NCBI GenBank assembly: GCA_001643675.2
Contig: LSRY02000068.1
Location: 1-64,000, forward strand
Origin: Monocercomonoides exilis PA203
Lineage: Eukaryota; Protista; Preaxostyla
Direction: 5' to 3'
Length of the DNA stretch: 64,000 nucleotides
Under the pieces are notes generated by a model. It was not told the origin of the DNA, ran no database searches, and saw nothing but the letters and a program-made list of their open reading frames with translations. The first letter of the stretch is position 1, and the number at the start of each line of letters is the position of its first letter. Shown here in pieces: positions 39,001-49,823 of this stretch. Both the position numbers and the translations under genes were made by a program.

Positions 39001-39482
39001 TTATATTCTAATGAATGTTTATGAGGAGTATGATCGTGAGAAAGATCATAAAAACGTTCAGCATTGCAGCAACAATATGGTTGTGCAAGTGAACAAATTT
39101 TTGCAATCAGCGTTCACAATTCATTCTCAACATAAACATTCAAAAAAATATACGAAAGAATCAACAATAACATAAATAAAAACAGAACTTCGAAAAAATA
39201 GATAAAAAGATAGATGGCTTATGAAAGAAAGCAGAAATCATGAAGATTAAATAAAAGATTCAAAAGAAGAAGAGAATAAAATCATTAAAGAAAAAGCAAC
39301 AGAACAAGAACAAGGTAAGAGCCATAAAGATCATAAATAGACAAAAGAAAAAAAGAACTGTTAAACTTTCTTTCTCATATACTTATTTATTAAGCATTTC
39401 ATTTCTTTAATTTTATAATTATTATTATTATTACTTCGTAATTTTTCGTTATCCACATTGCTCTTCAACATATTCCTCTCTT

Positions 39483-40760
39483 TTAAGCAACTTCGTATTC
39501 AATTCCTTCGTAGAATTTTTCTTGCAGCGATCGTCCTCCGTTAGCTAAAAATGGTTCCAATGCATTTTTGAATCTTTCAATCGTGTCATTTAGAACAATC
39601 AAAATCATATCGGGTTGAGACGTTTCATCATTGATTGCAAAAGTATCGCTTATAGAATATGTTATATTTTCTCCATAGCAAATTGAGCCTCCTTTTTTTC
39701 CATTAACTTTAGCTTTAAATTCAATCTTTCCTGGCAATTCAATCCATAAAAGAATTGGATATCGTTTATGATGTAGTTCCATGAGTTCCTTTTTCGTTTT
39801 TTCTTCAGAAAATATTGACTTATTGCATCCAAATATCCTGAAATTAAACTTCATGCAGTCCCTTGCATCCAGCAGGCATTCCTTTTTACACATTTCTGGA
39901 ATCTTCATTCCAAAAATTGATGTTAAATCTGCCTTATTGGCTGAAAATTCTGGCTCTCCTTGAATAATATCATTAGGAAGAATGCTCAATAACTTTCCAA
40001 TTGAAGATGTATCGAAAATTTTCATTGCATTCTGAAACTTCAACCAGAGTTTAGTTGAACTGGACCGAAACTTCAATGTTGACCCCTCCAAATAAAAAGG
40101 ATGTGACAATTTTTTTTGTCTGTTGAAAAATGTAATTGAGAATGCATCCAATTCTATGAACTTTTTTGGTGAATAAAACCGAAATGAAGTTATGGTCAGG
40201 TTTTTATATATGACTTGCTTTATTGTTTCTTTTGAACAGCAAAGACAAGGAAGATCAAATTGATTAAACATAACTTTTGGATTTGCACAATTATCGGTAA
40301 TTTCAACTTCTGGTTGCTTAGGCGAATCCTTTTCGAAACAAGGTTGCTGGTAAGATGAACTCGGATAACTTGATAAATCATTAGAGGCGATAAGATTTTC
40401 CATAAAACCAATTCCATCGATAATTGTTGGCTCTTCCTGCTCATCTTCAAAAGCATCATATTTATTCATAAATGCAATTTCAAGGTCATAGTTACCTTTA
40501 ACCTTCTGGGAATCCAAAGAAAAAAATCTGTTCTCACCTTCCTCCATTTCCTCATCGTCAGACATAAATGAAGTACGCTTTGATGGCTTAATGAATTCAT
40601 TAACGTCATCTAGATACAAAGTCGGATCGAATTCATGATTGAATTGTTCATCCATTTCATCACAACTCCTTTGATCGGAGCTTTCAAACACGTTTTTGTA
40701 AATATCTTCAGACGATTCATCAGCAAAACAACGAAAATTTGAAATTAACGTTTCTTCCAT
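39483..40760 (-). CDS. Intronless hypothetical protein (~425 aa): acidic N-terminal third, globular-looking C-terminal region
   Basis: Long stop-free ORF in AT-rich DNA, ATG at 40760. No recognised motif. Confidence 0.8.
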   Translation of the reverse strand: MEETLISNFRCFADESSEDIYKNVFESSDQRSCDEMDEQFNHEFDPTLYLDDVNEFIKPSKRTSFMSDDEEMEEGENRFFSLDSQKVKGNYDLEIAFMNKYDAFEDEQEEPTIIDGIGFMENLIASNDLSSYPSSSYQQPCFEKDSPKQPEVEITDNCANPKVMFNQFDLPCLCCSKETIKQVIYKNLTITSFRFYSPKKFIELDAFSITFFNRQKKLSHPFYLEGSTLKFRSSSTKLWLKFQNAMKIFDTSSIGKLLSILPNDIIQGEPEFSANKADLTSIFGMKIPEMCKKECLLDARDCMKFNFRIFGCNKSIFSEEKTKKELMELHHKRYPILLWIELPGKIEFKAKVNGKKGGSICYGENITYSISDTFAINDETSQPDMILIVLNDTIERFKNALEPFLANGGRSLQEKFYEGIEYEVA

Positions 40761-41041
40761 CAAAATTGTTAATTTTTATTGGTGGGACTAAATTTATGAT
40801 TCAAAAATTGCAAATGTTAAAATCTTTTTTAAAGAATGGTTTTCGTTAATCAAGCCCATAAGATGCATTTTTTCAAATTAAAAGAAACGATTGAAATAAT
40901 CGAATATATAATTTATTTATTTATTACGTTGCAATAAACTATCTAAACTTGAATTTGGTGCGAATTTTTGTGAATGAAATGGTTAATCTTGAAATGAAAA
41001 TAATGATTATCAAAAAAGAAAGAAATGTTTCGCTCTTTGAA

Positions 41042-41753
41042 TTAAACGCTATCGAAAGATAAGCCAAAGCGGGCAAGTTCTTCTTCTGTCACGATTTGTG
41101 GCATCAAATCTTCGTCTTCATCTTCATCCTCCGATTCATTTGGCACATCTTTTCCTTCGGTGCAATCCATTTCTCTGATATCTCTTGATCTTTCCATATT
41201 TCCGAGTGCACTATTGATTTTATTTGGTCTCTTTTTCGGAAGCACCTCAGAAATTCTGTTCATTTTTTCTGCTGATTTCTTGTCTCCTTTTTTGCTGGGG
41301 AAGAAATGAGGGCTGAATGAAGAGTGAATCCACCTGATGCATTCTCTTGCCAAGCAGATTGCATCTGAATACGACTCCACACAACAACCAGAAGAAGAAG
41401 AGGAAGAAGAAGAAGAGGAAGAAGGCAATGAAGAAGATAATGAAGAAGAGAATGAGCTAAGAGAAGGAGCTGTTAGTGATTGAGTATTTGTGTGTTTTGC
41501 AGTTTCCTTTGTGTTTGCTTCAGTTTCAATGGAATAACCAGCTGAATTGTAAGGATTTATTGACAAATTTGACATGTGTGCCACAAGCTTGTCTTCGCTC
41601 ATGTCAAAAAGAGAAGGCGAGAGAGGGAATTTTGCTGCGCGGAGGCAGTCGAGCTGAGTGAAAAAGGACAGAAGGGAATCTTGAATAACGCCTCCATCCA
41701 CTCCAAAGAAAGTGGTGTGTTTGTGTGTCTTGGAGTGAAAAGAGGAAGAAGAG

Positions 41754-41785
<32 letters not shown>

Positions 41786-41794
41786 AGAAGAAAT

Positions 41795-41842
<48 letters not shown>

Positions 41843-42737
41843 CGACGATGAAGAAGAATACTCACCAGATGTGTTTCCCTCCACAACTGCCTGTTTCTGT
41901 GCTGGCAGTGCAGCCATCGCCTCAATCAGCTGCATTTGGTCTTCCACATCATCATCATCGCCAAACGAAAGCTCTTTTTTCTCTTCCATTCTGTCTCGTT
42001 TAGACAGCTTCTGCTTCTTCTTTTTGGATCTTATTCCTTTTTTTGGTTTATGGCTTTCTTTATCTTTTGTTAATTTTCTATCTTTTTTCTTTCCTTCTCC
42101 TTCTCTTTCTCCTTCTCCTGCATCGTCATCTTCTTCTTCCTCTTCTTCTTCTTCCTCCTCATCTGGATTTTCACTCAAACACACTCTTCTCTTCGCATCC
42201 TTCGCCTTCAGCTTCTTCAGCGATTCGTTTGGGTCTTTGAAATAAGATTTATATTTCTTCTCTTCTTCTTCCTCCTCCTCCTCCTCTTCTTCTTCTTCTT
42301 CTTCTTCATTCTCATCATCCACTTCAACCAGCTCGTTCTTCCTCTCTTCTCCTCCTTCCTCTCCTTTCCACAGCAACATCTGCTGATAGACACAGCGGAT
42401 GAAGGCACAAAGAAGAGGGGCAGAGGCAAACAAACCAGAAGATGAGGTATTATTAAGACTGTTATTATTATTACTGGTGATGTGATGATGGTTATCTATT
42501 GAAGAAGAAGAAGAAGAAGAAGAAGAAAGAGAAGAAGAATAAGAAGGATCATAAGTTGATGAGCAGAGCAAGTGTGTCATTCTCTTCCAGTGATAAAGAG
42601 AGAGGGTGGAAGAAGAGATCAGAAAAGTGATGAAGGAATACTGCCACTCGCCCAGCATCTGCTTCACTTCTTCGAGTGAGTGGAGACTGGAAAGAGTGAA
42701 GTGGCTGTATTTGATGGGGGCAAAGGAAGAAGAGGAG

Positions 42738-42770
<33 letters not shown>

Positions 42771-44682
42771 TTTAATGAAGAAGAAGATGATGATGATGAT
42801 GATGATGAAATCACAGAGTCAGCTGTTGATTGAAGTGAAGTGGCGAAAGAAGGCACAAGAGGGGAAGGAGGAAGAGAAGAAGAGGAAGAGAAAGAAGAAG
42901 AAGAAGAGAAAGAAGAAGAGGAATAATCTTGAAGTGGAGGATGAGATGAATTAATTGCTTCATTTTGTTCAGACAAAAGCTTCAGCTTTTGCCATTCTTT
43001 AAGATATTTCTGTTTGGCTTCTTCTATATCGACCACAACCATCGCTGATTGCACTAAAAGTTTGGGGTGGAAAAAAAAGCAGAAAGAAGAGGAAAAATAA
43101 AAAATAAAAATAAAAACAAAAAATATGAATAATAATGATAATAACAATAAAATCATTCAGAACACGAAATTTTCGAATACATAACCAAACAGCAATAATT
43201 CTTGTCACAAGCAAAACACAACAAAACTTTTCATCCACTCTTAATTTTCGCACCTCCAACACCGTTTTTTGCCTTTTCTTCTTTCTCCCTCATTTCCACA
43301 TATTCCAGAAACGACGGCACGTTTTGGTGAGAAGCTGTCCCAGCTGCTTCAGAAGGAACAGGCCTGTCAAACAAATATCTTCCCTTCTCCTTCTCTTGAT
43401 GCTCATCTTCTCCTTTTCGTTCACCTTCTCCTTCTCCTTCTTCGTCCATTTGAGATTTCGTTTTTCCTTCTTCTCTTTCTCCTTCTTCTTCTCCTCCTCC
43501 TCCTCCTCCTTCTCCACTTTCTTTTCTCCTCCTTTGAAATACACTCCCTGTTCTTGTCGCTCCATCGTCATTTGTTGTTGAAACAGCAACCAGCTGCTGT
43601 GAAAATGCTGTCGGACTCATAGAAAATAGCTCCGGAGGACATTCTAATTCATTTGATTCAGCACAACGTATGTTTTAAAATGCATGAAATATTGCGATTA
43701 AAAAATAGAAAGAAGGAAAAAAGAAAGAAAGAAAATTTGCATCAAACAAAATCAAAAAAAAAAAAAAATTAAAATTATTTGTCAACAATATGTAAACAAA
43801 CCAGTGGGCTGTTCTTGCAGCTCAAAATCTTTCATTCTCTCCTTTGCTAACAGACATTAAAATCAATGAATAGCATCCAATTAAAACGTTTCTAGTTGTG
43901 AAGAATTTTTGTCAATGAAAAAAAATTTTGCACACCATCACCAAAATATCTTCCATATGTTCTCTGATAAGCTGCCAACTGCCTTGCAGTAAAAAAAGAC
44001 AACTCAGTTTGAGTGAGTTTGTTAAGGCCAGATATCCTCTCGCATGATGGATCAATTGTAAATCTTTGTGGTGAAATCTGTTTTATTAGTCGGGGAGTAA
44101 TAAACAATGTCAACTGCTCCCATTGACTATTTTTTTGTTTCATTTTACCTTGAGAAAGCTGCGAAAAATTTCCTAATCCAAATGAAAAGTCTCCACGTTT
44201 GTATCCATCGGTAAAATAATGCATTTCTTCAGGTTTTAATTCGTTCAATATGTCAAATTTTTCTTCTTGATTATTCCATTTCACAACTAGTATCTCAAAA
44301 ATGGATTAACAAAAATAAAATAAGCACATTCAAAAAAAAGAAAAACGCGTTTACTTCTTCTTCATCAAAGTTTCGCCAAAAACTTAAAGTCACTCCAACC
44401 GATGAATCATCTCCAGTACATTTTATTAATCTATAATAAGAAAATGTTACACTTTATAATTATTAACATTATTTGAAGCTGGAAAAACCTATAGTGAATG
44501 TAATGAACACCAGCAGGTAAATTATCAATTCCACGAAACTTTGGTCCTGTTTCCCTAAAATTGAAAAAGCGTAATTATCATTCAAAATGATTCAAAATAA
44601 TATTTGATTCATGCCATGTATATAGATCTATTCCAAATCTTAGCGTTAATTTTTCGATATTTAAGCATATCAATGTTCTCAT
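41042..44682 (-). CDS. AAR2: AAR2 (U5 snRNP assembly factor) homologue, ~1000 aa; proposed exons 44682-44615, 44554-44489, 44430-44355, 44293-43936, 43846-43802, 43643-43263, 43053-41042
   Basis: Spliced N-terminus RFGIDLYTWETGPKFRGIDNLPAGVHYIHY, then ILVVKWNNQEEKF, and C-domain MLGEWQYSFITFL....LYHWKRMTHLLC match AAR2 signature blocks. All junctions keep frame; the exon 4 and exon 6 donors are tentative. Confidence 0.88.
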
Positions 44683-44777
44683 ATATTATTTAATTATATA
44701 AACATGATCAGAAAGAAATACGGAGTTAAACTATTCTTATTGAAAATAAAAAAATACCCGTTTTGTTTTACCCTGGG

Positions 44778-46451
44778 TGACGTACTGGGTAGAGTGTAAC
44801 AAAGCACCACAATTCAAAACCTAAATTCCAAGTACATTATCACTTATTATTCATTTTCAAGAAAAAATTATCATTTCAAACCTCCTGATTTTTGAGAATA
44901 ATCTTTATTGAATAAAAAAATAAAATAAAATAAAATATTTTTCATTAATAAATCTTTTTTGATCGCATTGATGTCTCACCTTCCAGATCGCAAATCAAAT
45001 ATTTTTCTAAAAAAAACTCTATTATTCCAAGACAATGAAGCCTCATGGAATTACATAATGAGATTTTTTCCATTCACTGTGAACAGAAGATGCACTAAGT
45101 GCAGGAAATTTTTCTCCATTGAAGCAAGAGATAATTGCAGAAATTACAGGTGTCACAGATACGAAAAAAACTGATTGAAAGGATTGACTTCTTTGAAATA
45201 ATCAAGCATACATGTTGAGAAAATGATGATGATATTTTTGAGTTTCTTTATCAGCATAGAAATATATCAGTGAGTTTGCTAATTGATAAAACAAAACAAA
45301 CTGAAGGGGGTTTTATTCCATTCGGATAGCAAGCATAGCTGATTACGGTTCTTCTTTTTTTGAAAAGTTATGTTGCCCGGGAATAATAATTGAAATATAG
45401 GAGGCAATTCTACGAAAAAGAAAGTTCAGAAAATGAAGAAGAAAGATACAGATATGGGTAATTCTTTTTGAAAAGTCGCCAACGCATAATTTTCAAATAA
45501 AAAATTATTTTCATATTTTGCCCAAATATCTGCTTTCACTCACGAATCTTCTTTAGAATGTGTGAAATTGCATGATCCAGAAAGAGATTACATATTAGAG
45601 AAGTTTGTTGAATGTTTACAAAAATTTGAGCAAAATATGAAATCTTTGATTTATTCGAAAATTAAACATTTGATCCTTTTCAAAAAGAATTACACATATG
45701 GTTATTTGGTATGATAGAAAGAAAATATGACGGAATGAAAGGGAAATGTTTGATAGTGAGAGTGAAAAATTGATAAAAAGAGACATTAATACTAATTATC
45801 GAAAGTGACACAATTCCATGATCAACCATTTGCTCAGATCATTGGAAAGCCTACAGCTCTTTACCATCTTTAGGTTATGATCATCACTCTGTTTGACACA
45901 AATACAATTTTGTGGATCAAGAATGTGGTATTTGTTCCAATTTGATAGAAAGCACTTGGTCAAGTTTTCGAAAATATCTACCATGAAATGGGAAAAAAGT
46001 TAAAAATTTTGATGAGCCTGTGACTCACTTTGAGAGAAAAAGATCTAAGACACTTGAATTTGAAGATTTCATTCAAAAATTATTTGTTCATAAGCCCTTT
46101 AATGTTGAAAAAGAAATTGATGAAACTGAAAAAGACGAAACCGAAGAATCTGACGATAGTTATGTACCGGTTTTTAATGAAAAATGATGAAGAAACTGAA
46201 GATGAATCTGATTTTTTTAGGAGCTGGCGATGGAACAGATGCATCCGAGCGTGAGTTGTGAGAAATTTATTTTTTTCAAACACATTTGGACCCTAAATAA
46301 CATATTTTCTAAAAAATTCATTTTTCATTTTCTTTAAAAACCGGAGTTGGCAGTTATCGAAATAGCTATCAAGCAACAAACACAAACATACAGAACACAA
46401 TGAAGATGGACTTTGGTCGTGGTGTATTATCACCTTCTACAACGTACTGCC
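44778..46451 (+). mobile_element. Degenerate Merlin/IS1595-type DNA transposon, copy 2, with decayed ~43-bp TIRs
   Basis: Fragments: CTKC..C...C Zn ribbon; IIEI*EAILRKRKF; QIW|LFGMIERKYDGMKGKCLIVRV; CSDHWKAYSSLPSLGYDHHSV*HKYNFVD..GICSNLIESTWS; acidic tail. Ends at ~44779-44821 and ~46408-46450 are about 60% inverted-identical without gaps. Confidence 0.85.
45456..45695. mobile_element. 240-bp MITE nested in Merlin transposase copy 2
   Basis: TIRs GGGTAATTCTTTTTGAAAAG / CTTTTCAAAAAGAATTACAC (1 mismatch), ATAT on both sides. Removing it plus one ATAT restores CAG ATA TGG TTA TTT GGT ATG (QIWLFGM). Confidence 0.9.
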
Positions 46452-46473
46452 TTTTGACATGGACATTTTTATT

Positions 46474-46707
46474 CCTGGCTGACGTGACTAATATTTTCGC
46501 ATCAGTCGAAAATTTTGGTGAAATTGAATTTCGATTTTGAAATAAAACACATGAAAAATAAAGGATTCTTTTATCAATTATCTTGTTTTCCTATTTTTCA
46601 AATTTCATTTTTTTCTCAAATTAAAATACCACAATGTGATTTTCACCGACGAAATTGTCAAGACAGGAATTTTGAAACTGTTTTTACGTCAGTGACGTCA
46701 TGTCAGG
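46474..46707. mobile_element. Probable MITE with imperfect CCTG...CAGG TIRs
   Basis: CCTGGCTGACGTGACTAA versus the reverse complement of the right end CCTGACATGACGTCACTGA; inner IR GGTGAAA / TTTCACC. No TSD seen. Confidence 0.5.
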
Positions 46708-46914
46708 TCACTCAAAATGTTGGGGTTAGAGAAAGATCAGGAACAAGAAAAATTACCGAAGGAATTGCTAGGATGTTCAAGTAATGCTTTTATTGCATGC
46801 ACCATAACAATTACAATTCTTATTTAAACAGTTTGCTTAATAATAAAAGAAAGAAATGTTGATGATATATTTGAAAAGTTCCTTTTGTTTGACTTTCTGG
46901 TTTAAATGAAAAAT

Positions 46915-47044
46915 GAATGTTTTCATCAAATTTTCATTCCAACTCTTCAAATATCACCAGCATGAAAATTATAACAATATCAAGCATTTGGTTCCTTGTT
47001 CATGAAATCTGATGAGTTTGAACAAAAACTTGATGAAAATATTC
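46915..47044. repeat. Imperfect foldback palindrome
   Basis: GAATGTTTTCATCAAATTTTCATTCCAACTC pairs with GAGTTTGAACAAAAACTTGATGAAAATATTC; inner CATGAA / TTCATG. Confidence 0.75.
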
Positions 47045-47621
47045 AATCTTTCTTAAAATCTGAAAAAATTGTATTTTCAAAAAATTGTATTTTTGAATTC
47101 TTTTTATCTTGAAAATTTTCAAACTCATTGATTGAGAAGAGATTGATAATCATTTTATTGAACTTTTTTTGAAAAATAAATATCCACAAAGATTCGGAAA
47201 ACTTGTTTCCTCATTCAAGATAACCGATCTTTTCGAAAAATACTTCGAATAATTCAAATGAAAATAAAAACATTTATTACAGATCGAACTCACTATAAAT
47301 AAATGATAAATAATGAGAAATAATATCGAAAGCTGTACAATAATTGTTGATAGAAGCAATATTAAACAAATCGTGAACATAAAAAATGAGAATGAATTGG
47401 ACTGAATTAGCGAAATTTAACAGGTTAATATTGCTATGTTGATTCTCTTATTTGAAAAAGCAAAATTATACGAAAAAATTTGAATATACAGAAAAAGCAT
47501 TCAAAACAGTTTTATTTTTTGGAAGATAAATTTTATTTATTTTATTTTATTTTATTTTATTTATTAATTTTTGAATTTATTTATTAATTAATTTATTTAT
47601 ACATTCATTTATTTTTGATTT

Positions 47622-47640
47622 GGGTAATTCTTTTTAAATA
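47622..47640 (+). mobile_element. Orphan TIR of the GGGTAATTCTTTTT MITE family
   Basis: ATTT|GGGTAATTCTTTTT; first 14 nt identical to the 45456 terminus. Partner end not found. Confidence 0.5.
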
Positions 47641-48566
47641 AAGTTTTCATAAAGGTCAATGATTTTAACAAATTAAACAAATCTATAAAAAATCATTTCC
47701 TTTAACAAATCCATCATTTTTTTTCGAAAAGAAAACAATTATAATATATTTTTTTAATGTTCAAATTGTCTATTAAAAGAGATTTTTTGGCAAATTTTAG
47801 AAGCAAAATTCACTCAGCTGCAAACTCGAAACAAGATTATAAAAATAGTTTCATAAAATAAAAAAATGGGATTTTTGTTATGAAAAAAGAACGAAGGAAG
47901 AGAATGAAAACTATATTCTTCATATTTTAAAAGTTGAAAAAATACAATAAAATTTTTTTCTGATTATTAAAAGGAGCGATGTGTTTTCAGTAAAAATAAA
48001 ATAAAATACTTATTTTGGACTTTCTTGCTTAATTAAATAAAGCAATTGTTCAAAAGGAAGAACAAAAAATATTCGATAGAGAAATGGAAAATCATCAAAA
48101 CATAAAATATCAATGATATTTCAACAACAAAAATGTTTTATGACTTTCATTGATAATTGTCAACTTTTTGAAAATTTGAAGTTTTTCGGACTTTCGACTT
48201 TGTTTGAAAGTTTTTCGACAATGAATAATTTTTGTGTAATAAAAATATCAATTTAATGGTGTTTTATTTTTTCGAAAGTGCGTTTTTTAAACATATGGGA
48301 AAATACGAACTTTCAAGTTTTTTTTTCACAAGGCATAGAAAAATTGCTTTACTCACAACCTGATTTCATTTTCTCAGATTTCAAAATAAATTCGATTTTC
48401 TTAACAGTCAACAGGTATTGTTGAAATCTTAACATAAAGTTATCCAACATTTTCGGAAGGTTAGAAAATGGACCCATTTTTATTGCGTTTTTTGATCTCT
48501 TTAAATCAATGAAAAGTACATAGTTCTTCAATGAAAATGCATGAAGAAAAATATGATGCCCCATAT

Positions 48567-48600
48567 GGGTCATTCTTTTTTAAAAGCCGCAAATGTTGAA
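48567..48600 (+). mobile_element. TIR of the same family abutting another CCCC end across one ATAT
   Basis: ...GATGCCCC|ATAT|GGGTCATTCTTTTTTAAAAGCCGC versus GGGTAATTCTTTTTGAAAAGTCGC at 45456. Confidence 0.6.
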
Positions 48601-48879
48601 TATATGTATTTTTAAAAAACAAGTTATTTTCCATTCTATGAAAAAATATTTTTAAAAAAAGTCGGCAAATAAAATGGATAACGGTACATTCAAATTGAGA
48701 TTATTTTTGTTTCTATTGATTTCTTTCGTGCCAATTGATTGTTGAAATGTGAAAAAGTTGTCGGAACACGTTTTTAAAAAACTAACAAAAGATTTCAATT
48801 CAATCTGAAAAAATGAAAATTTCATCTTTTTCATCAGAATAATTTGAAGCATCCTCTCCGTCATCAACGCAATTTGAAA

Positions 48880-49823
48880 TCAATTTTATTATTTACATCA
48901 TGAGGCTCTTGGAGACTATCGTCAGCATCAGATATTTCATCATTTTCTGTTAGATCCAAATCATTATACGCAGCAATATGTTTTCCTTTTGGATCAAAAT
49001 ATTGCATTTTTGTTGCAAAATATCAAAAAATTTGGGTTTGGATTTTATTTAAAAGGCCCATGCACAAGCAATTTGTCATGAATATTTTTCTTCCATCTTG
49101 CTTTGGAAAAAATTCTTTCAAATGACTCCACAACCCTTCAACGGTATTGGTGCATGTAACAGTTTTTGGATTTTTGTAGTACTTTTTATGACAGACTGCA
49201 ATATGTTCATAACCAATATCTTTCAGACAATAATAGCTTTTCGATTCATCACTAATTACTGTTGTCCCTGCTAATATCCTTTCTTGGATAAACGGGATCA
49301 ATGTTTCTTTCCTCCTGTTTTTAATAATGAAAATAAAATTTGCGCCGGCTCCTCCTCCTTCCTTCCTCTGAACTATTCTGAAAATCCACAGTGAAAAAAT
49401 TCTTTCTTCTTCTTCCATATTTCCTTCTCCTCCAAACAGCCTCATCTATTTCGACGAATTTTCCCGGTCCTCCTAATTTCGGCATCACTTCAATTCATAT
49501 TTGCATGCAAACAACTTGAACAACGCTTGTCCAATAACCAACAGTTGGATATGAAACACCCGTCAGCAAATGAATTTGTTTTAATCCAATTCCAATCAAA
49601 TAGGACGATAGAATCTGCAAAACAATATTTATTGGTAGTTTCATTTTGGAAAATACGGAATTTTTAAATATTGAGGCTTTTTTTCAGCAAGTTTCACCCC
49701 AAAGATATTTGTAACCTTCTGTTTCCTCCCTGATACTCTCTTTGCTTCTGCATTTGGGTCAATCCTTAGTAGCGAACTCTTGAAAACGTTTGAAAAACCA
49801 ATTCCACGTTTCTTCTTTATCAT
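48880..49823 (-). mobile_element. Degenerate Merlin/IS1595-type transposase, copy 3
   Basis: HTH-like KQIHLLTGVSYPTVGYW; KLGGPGKFVEIDEAVWRRRKYGR; frameshift in a T run; WIFRIVQR; KNRRKETLIPFIQERILAGTTVISDESKSY; YEHIAVCHKK; TNTVEGLWSHLK; acidic tail. Confidence 0.92.

Noticed and set aside
43054-43156. Hydrophobic N-terminus of the 704-aa ORF as a signal or TM segment
   Set aside because: T-rich intron sequence upstream of the acceptor at 43054.
45448-45703. 8-bp Merlin-type TSD (AGATATGG/ACATATGG) for the nested MITE
   Set aside because: Needs a mismatch and does not fit the related element at 4101-4354; the ATAT model fits both.
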